Shown here: positions 1-12,312 of the stretch, piece by piece
Numbering within the stretch: the stretch's first letter is position 1
Layout: each line of letters begins with the position of its first letter
NCBI GenBank assembly: GCA_977020255.1
Contig: CDROCS010000636.1
Location: 1 to 64,000 of the forward strand
Direction: 5' to 3'
Length of the DNA: 64,000 bases
Source: Obrimoposthia wandeli
Lineage: Eukaryota
Notes under the pieces: model-generated
Seen by the model: only the letters and a program-made list of their open reading frames with translations
Databases searched by the model: none
What the model was told of the DNA's origin: nothing
Made by a program: the position numbers and the translations under genes

Positions 1-676
1 ACCAACCTCAGTTCCGCCTAGGACATCTTCCATAGCTTGACACTCTTGTTCTGTGCTTTAGAGTCCATCCACGTCGTTGTCAGCTCGCGAAAAAAGAACC
101 TTCAGCTGACTGGCCCAGAGTTCTACTGCTGTTCAGATTCTGCAATCTCGTTAGAACCGAGCCCCCAAAATATGGTGGTATGTTGCTGCATAAATAACAT
201 TTAAGAATAAAACATACAAGGAGTTTCTGTTCAATAAAATATATATTTTTTAATTATTTGTATAGAAACAATTTAAAATAACATTAAACTAGGCTACAAT
301 CCAAACGACGCTATTATTTAGCTCAAATACATTAATATACACACCACTTTAATTGAAGTAATAAACTGGGTGATAATTCGTTTTAGATAAATAAATTTAA
401 AAATCGAATAAACAGTTTTATTTAATAAATACAATGTAAAAATATATTAAAGTGATAACAGAATCTGTATACAAAGGAAGAATGGTATATGCCAATCATT
501 AAAAATCTTATTGTATCATTAAAGTATCTAAATACACAGAAAAGCTAAGCACACATGTAAAAAGCATTATCGAAATAAAGTTAAATGAAAATATAAATTT
601 AATCACTTTTTAAAATCTATTTTGAACAATTAAAATATACACAAACTAAGTATTTTGATATACCATCATTCCTCAC

Positions 677-863
677 CTGTGCTGATCCAGCGATAGCAAC
701 TATTCCGGACAAATCTATCTTCTTGAACTTATCGACTCCAAAGAGCATATCAGTCGCCTAAATTCAACAAAAAAGTCGTTGTCATTTAGTTTGACATACC
801 TCCACCACAGCAAAGTTGGAGCGACAACTCTCCCATCCCACGCACATAACTCCATGCTTTGTT
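677..863 (-). CDS. Two probable host-gene exons (863-800 and 757-677), product unknown
   Basis: Canonical AG/GT sites with a 42-nt intron; phases join into an open frame TKHGVMCVGWESCRSNFAVVE|ATDMLFGVDKFKKIDLSGIVAIAGSAQ; donor GTGAGG. Confidence 0.4.
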
Positions 864-2794
864 CTGAATTATGTATATTTACCAAATCTAAACACAGTTG
901 TATTATAAATTTTATACAATTTTCAAAATAACTATTCAAACATTAGTATCAAAGTGAAAATTGTGATTTAAAGCACTGTTGGAGATTTCCAAGTAATAAA
1001 TCAAACTAACCTATAATGTGATAGATCTGTATCGTAAGTAATAATTTCTTCGAAACATATTCTACTATTGTGATTAATCAGAACTGCTTAACTATAAGAT
1101 TATTTAAATATCATAACTGCAGTTAGTTATACTTGTTGTGTACTGTAATCTAAACTTCAAAACTGCATTCAAAACTACTTAGTAAAAAATCCTAAAAATT
1201 CACTCAAATTAAAAAAGTAAGTTTTTCAATTATAATTTTACAAATAGAGGTTAGCGAGTTTTCACTGAAAAATGTTTAGTCTAAATTATAAACACATGAC
1301 TAAATAACAATTATTAAATTTTGAAATAACAACAAACATTTACAACAGAACAGCAGATCCCAATAAATTTATTCACTTAGTAACACAGTAAGATTTTCCC
1401 TACCAAGTACATAATTCAAATTTTAAAATATATATAATAGATTTATTTGTCAAAATTTTTGTTATATAGATGTGCAGATATCTTGTTGAATAACAAATAC
1501 TAAATTTTAAAATATAAGAAACGTTTTGCAACAAAGCAGACAATTCTAATAAAATTTATTTAACTTAATAAAACTGTAAATCTAAAGATATATACTTTTT
1601 CAAGTAAGAATAAATATAATTTAACCTATAATATATATATTTGTCCAAATTTTGTCTTATAGGTATACAAATATCTTGACAAATAAAAACTTTTAAAATA
1701 TGAAGGATAAAATACATTTTTTCAACGGCACATCAGTTACCAATAAAATTCTAACAATGATTGCAAAAAGAAACAATTATTATAATGACTAGTACTCTTT
1801 ACAGATTTTCTCAAGCAACAATCAGGAAGATTGTTAATAATGATTTAATCATAGAAGCCTATATTAAAAACTTTTACCGATAAACACTTCAAGTTCTGAT
1901 CAACAGAGACAATACGTCGACAAACGGTTATGATATAACCTAAAAGATACAATCATATGCAAATAGAAAAGCGTCTCGTCAAACAAAGAGAACATATTAT
2001 TTACTAATTTTGAACAAACTCATCTAGTCGTCTGTATTACAGCTCTTATTCTTAAAATATTGTGATCCTGGCTTCAAAGGTTCATTCTGTTCTCAAACAC
2101 GGTACCAAAGGTAAAAGTATTACGCCTTATTGTAGATTTTAACCACCTTAAAGGAAAATATAGATGCAAAATGTTTAGAAGATTAAACAAATTACCCAAT
2201 AGACTAGAGCTAAAGGCATCCCCAGACAGAAGTGTAATCTTAAATAGCGTTCAAAATAAACCAACGGAATGAAGATTGCTGGAGTAGTACATTCCTCAAG
2301 ATGCACAAATGTTGAGATCCAAATAACAAAAACGCTATTTTTCAGTCCTATTGTTGCAAAATCACTCTTACTGGTTAAAGAAACACCAGATAAAATCCGG
2401 CTTAAAGATCCGTTTATCTGGCGGATACGATATACTCTTTTAAGTACTCTTTATAACCTGAAATTACTCTTTGTACTCTTCTTTGTTCCTCTGATTCTGG
2501 GAATAACTCATAATGTAATAAGGTTTTCCTATTCTTATCGTTATACGTTGAAAATCAAGTCAAATTCATTTTAAAACATTATTTATATCATTTAATAACA
2601 AAAGTTTGCTATAAACGAAGGTTCAAAAATGTATTTTTCTTTTGAATCAACCAATCATATCAATTTTTTATCTTATTTACTTTTTTTGGACAACAAGTAA
2701 TAGTCACAGAGAAAAAACTGAGTAATCGTGACACCACATCATTCCTTTTTTTGTTGCAAAAACGTCGGAGGTCCGGTTGATTTACCTATATAAT

Positions 2795-3090
2795 GGTTGG
2801 GGTTTCTATATGAAACTCTAAGATGAATCCTCTGGAGGCATCAACGTGAGTTCTATAAGTAAGGCTTGCAGTTGTTTGTGACTGCATTGTGCTTACCTGT
2901 CTCAATTCTTATCTGAGGTTTATTTATGTCTAGGTGTTGTGGAATGTAACAACGCTGTTTAGTTATTAGGAAATCTTTATTCTTTAACACACTAGTTACG
3001 TTCTAAAAATATAGGTTCTAAAATGACAACAGCTAATCCTAGTACTTTTCACAAAGTCTACACAAGTGAGGACATGTCAAATTTTAAAAG
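2795..3090 (-). mobile_element. Old, diverged LTR 3'-end remnant related to the giant element's LTR, inverted
   Basis: The reverse complement has, in order, blocks matching the LTR's last ~300 bp: tcctcacttgtgtagactt, ctatatttttagaa, tagtgtg..aataaagatttccta, cctcagataagaattgagacagg, aactcacgttg, atagaaaccccaac. Confidence 0.6.
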
Positions 3091-3099
3091 TGTTGGTTT

Positions 3100-3690
3100 T
3101 AGTTCAACAGAGTCTTTACTCTAAAAATATGGGCGATGTAATTTAGTTAATTTTAGTAGAGTTGTTTACTCTAAAATTACATGGGGAGGATGGATTTGGA
3201 GTTTATTTTGTAGAGTACTCACTCTAAAAATATGAGCAGTTTAGTTTGTTTATTTTGGGTAGAATTAATCACTCTAAAATATGGGCAGTATAGTTTATTT
3301 GTTTTTAATTTAGTTTCAAAATTCTGCTGCAAAATTGCCAACAAAACTGTGGCCATCTTCCTATATCAATTGATATCAGGAGCTATATCAGGATTATATC
3401 AAAATTATACTGGTACCATATCAAAATGATTTAGAACTTTATCAGAATTATAGCAGAATTATACCAATTTTTATATCAAAAATGTTTCAGAACTTTATCG
3501 AATTATAGCAGAATTATACCAATTTTATATCAAAATGATCAGAACTTTATCGGAATTATAGCAGAATTATACCAATTTTATATCAAAAATGTTTCAGAAC
3601 TTTATCGGAATTATAATGAGATTATACCAAATTTTTATATCAAAAATGATCGCAAGAACTTTATCGGAATTATAGCAGAATTATGCAATT
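3100..3690. repeat. Degenerate tandem repeats (actctaaaaatatggg-type at 3100-3290; ~60-bp agaactttatcggaattatagcagaattatacc unit at 3400-3690)
   Basis: Direct inspection; about 5 copies of the ~60-bp unit. May be internal arrays of the old inverted LTR. Confidence 0.7.
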
Positions 3691-3754
3691 TTTAAGTGAA
3701 ATGGTTAGATTTTATCAAGATTCTAGGCATCACAACAGCTCACTCTGGACTTAC

Positions 3755-3889
3755 CTGGATCTCTTTTCGAAGCCTCTCTTCGAGATCACGGTCATAGTTT
3801 GCTCCTTCAGACACGGTTGGGTTCGGCCGTCTGCTGTCCCTCGTTCGATCTCTCCACAGCGACAAGTTGGATGGTCCCAGGCACATTTT
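3755..3889 (-). CDS. Probable host-gene exon, product unknown
   Basis: 135-nt phase-0 exon KMCLGPSNLSLWRDR...RDLEKRLRKEIQ ending in a strong CAG|GTAAGT donor; GC-richer than its flanks. Confidence 0.45.
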
Positions 3890-5063
3890 CTTGTAATTTC
3901 GTTTTCCTTAGCAGAATTGACACTCTTGTCCACAGGAACAATTGATGTGGTCAGGCAATCAATTCTTGTAAAAGGTTTCTTTCTGCTTCTTTTATTTCGG
4001 GCCTATGACATTTCAAGGTCCTAAATATTTTTGATAACTTATATTTAAATTTATATTTTATTTTATTTTAACATGCTTTTCAGGATTTATTTCACTATTT
4101 AATAAATAATTATTTTCATGAACACAGTAAATTTCTAATCTAACATCATTATTGGGAATACAACCAATAGCTTTTATTAAAACTTAAAATTTTCATCAAT
4201 TAATAAATAAAATGTTTAAAAAATCAAACGCTTGAGAATAAAACCAATTAATTTCACAATAAACTAGAAATGCCCACAGTTTGAGAGTGACTATTTTCAA
4301 CCTCCGATGGGCTTCATACCATCGGCTCTTAAAACTTTTTCTCTGATAGTGTAGTAAGGCCTTGTTTTTGTTTTGCCGAATTTTAAGATTAACATTACTA
4401 TTATTTTTACAATTTATTCAATTGAAGTTTGAATGTAAATCTAATTTTCCTTAAAATTGTTCAAAATTGAAATATTCCAAAATTTCTAGTTTTAATTAAT
4501 TAATTAAAATTATTTACCGAAGCAGTTTTCAAACAGCTGCAGCCAAATTTAGGCCATTTGTTCGGCCAGACTCGCCAGGGTGTCGGCCGGCTGTTATCTC
4601 CTGCTTCTCGGTGGCAAAAATTGTCTTCAAAAGTATGTCGCTTTAGAAGTATGAGATAAAATATAAAATTAACTGCCTCTATATTTTTTCCTAATACCCA
4701 TTGTCAAGTGTACACACACAAATCTGCAATTTCACTAATTCTGTATGTAGAAGTGGAGCCGATTTACGTGTATGTCTACAAATTAATATAATGTCACTTG
4801 ACAAGAAAAATAAATATTAAATTGGTTAGCATAGTCAGATTTGTCATATTTGCTAAGGTTCATTTTAAATTGTTATAAAAAGAATAAATTATTGCTGACC
4901 ATAATTTTTTACTGTTTCTAGAAAAAATAATTATTGATGACCATATTTATTACTTATTACAGAAAAATAAAAATTTGTTGAGAATTTAAATTGTTCCTTA
5001 ATTGAAAATCTTTTTAAAAAATCCCATAAATTAATTTTAATTGAAGAATTCACTTTGGCATTT

Positions 5064-7170
5064 TGTTAGATTTAGAAATTGAAATTGATAAAAAATTAAA
5101 TAATTTATACTAAAATAAAATCATGAAAACAAGGTTAATAATATTTAAAATTAAGTTAAAATATTTAGAGGATAAAATCAGGGGTAAATATTAATAGGAC
5201 CACGAGGTGGTAGCAATCACCGTTATATATAAGGTTAAGTTAATTAAGTAAAAGTGCAAAAAAGAAATCAGCAAACAAACTATAGAAAAGGAAAGTCAAA
5301 GATTAATCAAATCAAAAGAAAATCCAGAAAGAAGAAATTATTGTAAGTTGCGATTATTGATTAAAATCCGTTTTACTTTCTTTTTAGCTGTCAATCTTAG
5401 TGACAGGAAACGTCACAACCAAAATTTCAATTTCTATATTTTCAGCTGTCAGGATAGAGTGGCTTTGAGTGACAGGAAACGTCACAGCCAAAATTTCCAA
5501 TTTCTATATTTTCAGCTGTCCAGGATAAGTGGCTACAGCGCTCTAGCCTAAGTGGGTAAAATTACTATAGAACAATTTTCTTTAAGTCAACTAATTTAGA
5601 AAAAAAACAAATTGAAGTCGAATGAAATCGAATATAATTGAAAGGTTGAAACAAATAATTGAAGTCAATATAATTGAAAGGTAGGAAACAAATAATTGAA
5701 ATCAATATAATTGAAAGGTTGAAACAAATAGTGAAGTCGAATATAATTGAATTGGAAAAGACAAATAATTGAATACAAATAATTGAAGAGTCGTTGAATA
5801 CAAATAATTGAAGTCGAATCTAATTGAATAGTTGGAAACAAATAATTGAAGTCAGAATATAAGTCGAAGAAGGTTGGAGACAAGTGAAATCGAATATAAT
5901 TGAAGTAAAATCTGGATTGAATAAAGACAAATTGAAGTCGAGACAAATTGACGGACAGACCAACATATCTCCGACAAATCATTAACCGAGAGTCCAAGCA
6001 GAGCCAACCCTCTGACAGCCCACGGATCCAGATCTCGGGAAAAACTCTAGGATTGGATAGGTAAGACGACTCATATAAATTCATTCATTGTCAGAAGTTG
6101 ACAATTCGATTACTCTCATTCATTGTCCGAAAGTGACAATTCGTTACTCTAATTCATTGTCCAGGTGACAATTCGTTACTCTCATTCATTGTCAGAAGGT
6201 GACAATTCGAAATACTCTCATTCGTTGTCGAAAGGCGTGTTCGTTACTCTCATTCATTGTCAGAAGGTGACAATTCGATCTCATTCATTGTCAAAGGTGA
6301 CAGTCATTCGATCTCAATTTATTGTCAAAGGTGACAATTCAAATTACTCTCATTCAAATTGTCCAGAAGATGACAATTCGATACTCTCATTCATTGTCGA
6401 AGGTGACAATTGATACTCTCATTCATTGTCCGAAGGTGGCAATTCGTTACTCCATACAAATCATTGTCCACAGTTGACAATTCGGCCTCCATACAAATCA
6501 TTGTCCACAGTTGACAATTAGGCTTTTATACGAATCATTGTCCACAGTTGACAATTCTCGTCTGAATTCATAACACTAGAATGAAAGTTACCCAAGTTAA
6601 AAAGCTTTACCCAACACGATCTAAGTTTAAGTTGAAAGAAAGTTTTAAAAGAGTTGTGTTATAAATTAACCAACCTAGAAAGAAGTTTTGCATTCGCACC
6701 TTTATTGTCATAAGAATAAAGGTTTAACCTCAAAGTTCAAGCCGATAGCAAAGTTAAATTGTTGAGAATCTGTAACGTGAGCTTATTCTCGAGTCAGAGG
6801 AATAACTCTAAAATCTCGATCACCCCGAACACGTAAAATCGAGTACGTGGTTCATCCCCACTTGTTGTAGAGACTTACAGAAGTCTTAGGAATTTTACTA
6901 TACTTTTTAGAAAATACGTACATAAACGTATTGTTGTGTTCAGTTTAGTGTGCTACCAATAAACGATTTCCTACATTAGAAAACGCGTTGTTTTTGAACC
7001 TTCAGATTAAAGACGTCAAACCAAACACCTTCAGATAAACAAGAGAGATAGGCAACCATAACACTAAGTAGGCCACGACCAACTTTAAGACCTGCTTCTA
7101 TTCGAACTCACGTTGGGGCCCTCCGCACATAAGAGGATCTGTACAAGTTCATCGTATAGAAACCCCAACA
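5064..7170 (+). repeat. 5' LTR (2107 bp)
   Basis: Starts TGTTAGATTTAG, ends AAACCCCAACA; collinear with 26747-29034; internal tandem arrays at ~5590-5940 and ~6085-6560. Confidence 0.92.
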
Positions 7171-7178
7171 TATTAAAG

Positions 7179-7196
7179 TGGTGCCCCGAGTGAGGA
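7179..7196 (+). promoter_or_regulatory. Primer-binding site, most similar to the complement of the elongator tRNA-Met 3' end
   Basis: TGGTGCCCCGAGTGAGGA, 8 nt after the LTR end. Its reverse complement ...CCTCACTCGGGGCACCA resembles metazoan elongator tRNA-Met 3' ends as I recall them (...CCTCACACGGGGCACCA). Confidence 0.75.
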
Positions 7197-7224
7197 CGCT
7201 CGTCGGACACAGCGAATTCACGTA

Positions 7225-8330
7225 GAATAAGTTTCAGATAATTGAGGAATAGAGTTTCAAGGTAAATAGAATAAGTTCAGATATTGAGAATAAGTTTCAG
7301 AGAATAGAGTAAGTTTCAGGTAAAATAGAATAAGTTCAGATATTGAGAATAAGTTTCAGAAAGTAGAATAAGTTTCAGGTAGAGAATAAGTTTCGGAGAT
7401 GTAAAATGAGAATAAGTTCAGATGGCTGAGAATAAGTTTCAGATAATTGAGAATAAGTTTCAGGTAAAATGAACAAGTTCAGATATTGAGAATAATTTCA
7501 GAGAAATAGATAAGTTCAGATATTGAGAATAAGTTTCAGATAATTGGTAAGTTTCAATTAAATAGAATAAGTTCAGATATTAAGAATAAGTTTCAGATAA
7601 ATTGAGAATAAGTTTCAGCAGAAGAAGATATAAGCAAATTTAGATAAGAATTTGATAAGTGTTGAGAAATCAGTAAGATTTGTTCCTCGAAGTTAAGATT
7701 TGATAAGTTTTGAAATCAGTAGATTTGTTCCTCGAAGTTAAGATTTGATAAGTTTTGAGAAATCAGGTGGGTGTTCCTCGAAGTTAAGAAAATTTGATAA
7801 GTTTTGAAATCGAGTAGAATTTGTTCCTCGAAGTTGAGAAATTTGATAAGTTTTGAGAAATCGAGTAGATTTGTTCCTCGAAGTTAAGAATTTGATAAGT
7901 TTTTGAGAAATCGAGTAGATTTGTTCCTCGAAGTTAAGAATTTGATAAGTTTTGAGAAATCGGTAGATTTGTTCCTCGAAGTTAAGAATTTGATAAGTTT
8001 TGAGAATCGAGTAGATTTGTTCCTCGAAGTTAAGAATTTGATAAGTTTTTGAAATCGGGTAGATTTGTTCCTCGAAGTTAGAATTTGATAAGTTTTGAGA
8101 AATCGAGGTAGATTTGTTCCTCGAAGTTAAGAATTTGATAAGTTTTGAAAATCGGGTAGATTTGTTCCTCGAAGTTAAGAGTTTGATAAGTTTTGAGAAA
8201 TCGGGTAGATTTGTTCCTCGAAGTAAGAATTCGATAAGTTTTGAGAAGTCGAGTGGATTTGTTCCTCGAGTCCAGTAAATTTGATAAAGTGAGAATCGAG
8301 TGGATTGATACTCGAGTGTAATTAATTGAA
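7225..8330 (+). repeat. 5'-leader tandem arrays (gagaataagtttcag-type at 7225-7640; ~48-bp unit at 7670-8290)
   Basis: The 48-bp unit gtagatttgTTCCTCGAAgttaagaattTGATAAgttttgagaaatcg; 12 intact TTCCTCGAA copies between 7683 and 8222. Confidence 0.9.
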
Positions 8331-8657
8331 TAGGTTAAGTCGGGAGACTGTGTCCTCGAACTAATTAAAGAGATAAAAAATCGTAAAATAAGAATTGTGA
8401 AATAAGATAAAATAATAAAATAAATTGATATCGTAAACGAATGCATAATTGATAAGACAACGGATAATAGAAAAGGACCCGCGTATAATACTAGAAGACA
8501 AAGTCAGATTCCCAGGAAGAGATAAATAATAATAAAGTTAACCGAATTGAACAGGTTCCCCAAACAGATAACAAAGTAACAGAAAAGACTAGAGTCGAAG
8601 AAAACGTATCAGAAAGAGACGTTAATCAATCAGCGGTTTCAACCGACAGCTTTTACT

Positions 8658-10375
8658 TTGACTGAATTATTTGGTGACATAAACCCAGAAGAATTTGAAA
8701 TTGCCAATCCAGTAGTGATTGAAGAAGTTCAAGCATTGAATAATATTGAAGAAATAGTTGAAGATATAGTTGAAAATATGGCTCACCCAGGAGCTCAAGC
8801 AGATATTAATGCAGGAAATAATGTAGGTGACATGAATGCCGAACAGTTGGCACAAGCCTAAATGCGACGTTGAGAACCCAATTTTTCAGGATCATTGCAG
8901 ATTACAAAGTTTAAAGGAGATGAGGAAAGTATTTGTGACTTCCTCGCAGAATATTCGAGTTGTGCAGATGTTCAAGGATGGAACGATAAAGAAAAATGTG
9001 TCCGAGTACAGGCACACTTAACCGGATTAGCACTTGAAGTGTATAAACATTTGACAGAAGCAGAACGTTTAGACTGGCCAACGTTGGAAAATGCTTTTAT
9101 TGGAAAATTGGTATTAGGAGACTTAGCCAAAGTAAATAAGCGACTCATGAGAGAACGGAAACAGAAACATGATGAAGGCGTGAATGAATACGCGTATGTT
9201 TTGAGAACCTTGGCCGCAAGAGCGTACCCAAGAAGAATAATGAGAAATCAGGACGGTAATCCTGTAGCTCAAGAAGCACAAGTAGCGGAAAATGACCGGA
9301 ACCAAAATGAAATGGCAGAGGTTTTGTTAGATATATTTAGAGGAGGATTGAAAAAGGATATTAAAGTGTTATTAGCAGTATCGGATACAAATGATTTTGA
9401 TAACGCCGTGCGAAAGGCGAGAGAGATTGAGAAAAATATAAAAATAACGCAGTATTGGCAATTTACGCAATGACTGCAGGTGACGACGATAAGACAAAGG
9501 TCTTCGTGAATAAAACAGAACTGAGTAATTTTCAGAATCGAAATTATGGACAAAATAAGTTTGAAAAAGTAGATGAATCCAGTAACGGAAATAGAGATAA
9601 TTTCCGAAGTAGGAATCGAGATGATTCCAGAGGTAGAAATAATAGTGAGTCTTGGAACAGGAATCGAGATGATTCAAGAGGTAGAAATGGTAATGATTCG
9701 TGGAATAGAAATAGAGATGATTCCAGGAATAGATTTAATAGAGATAATTCAGGAAATCGCCAACCTTGGAGAGGAGACGATAGGAATTATAACGCAAACA
9801 GAGGAGAGCGAAGTGACTCTCGATTTGGAAATAATACAGGAAGTAGTGACGGAAGATTCAATAATCGAGGAAGCGGTTTTGAATCGAATTTCCGAAGAAA
9901 TGATTTTAGAGGACGATATGATAATAGACAGAATAGTTGTCGAGTACAGTTCGCAGATGAACAAAATAAGATAGATATTCGAGGGAGAATAATGTGTTAC
10001 ACGTGTAAACAAATGGGTCACTATTCGAGAGACTGTACGAGGAGTAAAGAGTTCGGAACTAACAGATTTGGAAATAATAATTTCGGTAATAATAATTTTG
10101 GAAACAATTATAGAGGATATAATTCACCTCCGCCATGGAATAGAGGTGGTGGATATACTCCACAGCCATGGAGACCGAATAATCAGTATACAGATAGACA
10201 ACAGTCACCAGGTAGATACAATAACTATGCAGACAGACAGCAAGGAGCTGAGAGATACAATAATTACGTAGGACAGCAAGGAGCTGAGAGATATAATAAT
10301 TCCGGTAGATATAATAATAATAATGTTGACAAGACAAATAGTCGTGAGTTCGCCGAAACCGAAAGGAAATTTTAG
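8658..10375 (+). CDS. gag: Gag (capsid domain, R/N/G-rich linker, CCHC zinc knuckle), frameshifted
   Basis: FKGDEESICDFLAEYSSCADVQGW..K...HLTGLALEVY retrotransposon capsid pattern; CYTCKQMGHYSRDC (CX2CX4HX4C) at 9994-10036. The true start may lie upstream (~8440). Confidence 0.85.
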
Positions 10376-10907
10376 TTATGTAAACGATGACAGCGATAGG
10401 AATCGCGAGACCGAGCTTCGACGCGAAATAGATTTTGAGGATAGTGATAGTAAATTTGAACGAATGTTGGGAATAATTAAAGATTCACCACATACAAAGA
10501 TGGCGAATTCATCTACGTTGTCGAAACAAGAAAAAGGTCTACACTCGAGAGAAGAGATGAATGATTTAATGAATAAAATATTAGAAGCGTATGAGACACC
10601 AATAGAGAAAACGTGTAACGCACAACCTATGACTGAGCATGTAGAAGCAGCGAGAAATGCTACGAGTATGGAAAATGTAAAAAAGATAATTAGTGAAGCT
10701 AAGGAGACGTTAAATCAACCGTTAGATGAAACGAGTGAAGCTCCAGAAGTTTTGGCCAAATTGCAAACAATTAAAGTGCACCGATTGGAAGAAGTGCGAG
10801 CAGAATTGGTTAAACATAGTCATGATAACTTGGGTTACAAAGAAGTACCACGAGGACTATTGAAAGGTTATGGTCGTTACGTACAGAGATCAAACCAAAA
10901 AGGAACG

Positions 10908-11139
10908 ATGAAAATTTCGCTTCGATTAATTTCCGGACAGATAATACATGAAAAACTTAACGTGTATCAAACAATGAAAACGATTCGGAAAAAAGTTGGC
11001 CGAGAAACTTGAAATTGATGGAATGAATATGTTGTTCCATTATAAAGGGAGATCACTAGATGATGAGGACGTACCAGTCGAGTGTGGATATCCGATAGGA
11101 AATGAATTAGAGGAAAAAATTGATGTCATCACTGTAGGA
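10908..11139 (+). CDS. Ubiquitin-like domain in the polyprotein, split by a +1 frameshift at ~10998
   Basis: Removing one G joins MKISLRLISGQIIHEKLNVYQTMKTIRKKV-AEKLEIDGMNMLFHYKGRSLDD, which aligns without gaps to ubiquitin [52 protein letters not shown]. No C-terminal GG. Confidence 0.7.
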
Positions 11140-11819
11140 CGTCAAGAGTTAGTAGATAATGAAGGATTAACGGAGATATTAAATTCTGCGTTGGAAATGA
11201 TAAAAACGCCTATAGAAATTTTAGACAGTTCAAGCGAAAGCGGAGATAATGATGTAGCTGAAGCTTGGAACAAGACATCCACACCAGAACCACGTAGCTG
11301 AATTACAAGACATGAATTTAGAAAATGAGTTGACAACTCCAGTGGTCGAGGTACCGCCAGAACCAGATATAATTCAAATCAGACAAGATGAAGTCACGGA
11401 TACAGCTAACCAAGTGAGACAAAAACGAAAACCGTAACCCAACTAGTAGGAGAAGACGAAATCTCCGAAATTGTAGATTTAGATTCACCAATTTGGCATG
11501 CTGCATACAAAGATAGACAAGCGGAGCAGATGATGCGACAAAGTGAAGAGATTGGCCATGAAGAAGGACCAAGTCAAGAGATACAGTATAATGGTGAACC
11601 GTATGATCCAGGAGAGAATCAAACTGAGTATCAGTATTTTCGAAGAGGACCTGGAAGACCTAGAAAGGACGGAAGTATATTACGAAATGTTCTAACTGCA
11701 CCACAAACTGATGAAGAGAGACATCTAAGCATTGGACAGTTAGCAGCGTCATTAGAGCAGTATAGTGCAGAGAGGAATGAAGATATCAGAGGTGATATGA
11801 ATTCAGAAGCTCCAAGTAG

Positions 11820-12200
11820 TAAAGATATACTTACGGGAATTCTCAGGCAAGTGAAGCCGAAGTTGTTCAAAATGTACAGAGATGAAACAACCGATATAAC
11901 AGACAATTTGACTAAAGCAGTTAGATCACAGATGTCTGCAGTAAAGAGAATGACCGCGAATCATGTATACCATGCATCGATAGATAGATTTTACGACGGT
12001 GAAGTTTTAGCGAGATTATGTGGAAATCAGACTACAAATAAAAAGTTAATTACAGCAATCACATATCTATGTTTCCAATTGACGGAACGAACGAGCCAAC
12101 CTCACGAAGTCAAACAAGGAATAAATGAAGCGATGTATTTGATCGAGAATGTATTACAGAGACGAATTGACGAAAACGGAGGTTGGGCAAAATTAAGTGA
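11820..12200 (+). CDS. Putative Bcl-2-like domain in the polyprotein
   Basis: YLIENVLQRRIDENGGW resembles BH2 (TYLNDHLEPWIQENGGW in Bcl-xL); KLITAITY sits at BH1-like spacing upstream; the NWGR motif is degenerate; a hydrophobic segment follows. Confidence 0.55.
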
Positions 12201-12312
12201 CTACGCTAAAACCATTGTGGAAATGAACGAAGACGATGACGAACAATGTCATGAGAATCGTCAAAGAGAAAATAAACAATACCGTCCGAAAGAGAGAAAC
12301 AATCAACCAAAT

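Noticed and set aside
5064-7170. Dating the insertion from LTR-LTR divergence
   Set aside because: The differences are dominated by homopolymer-type indels and array swaps, and the TSD is missing, so sequencing error or recombination confounds the estimate.
7670-8290. CRISPR-like look of regularly spaced repeats (also 27760-28430 and 33140-33500)
   Set aside because: There are no unique spacers and no cas genes, the units are head-to-tail, and the context is eukaryotic.
11638-11670. RRGPGRPRK AT-hook-like motif
   Set aside because: Short, imperfect, and common in basic linkers of retroelement polyproteins; not supportable alone.
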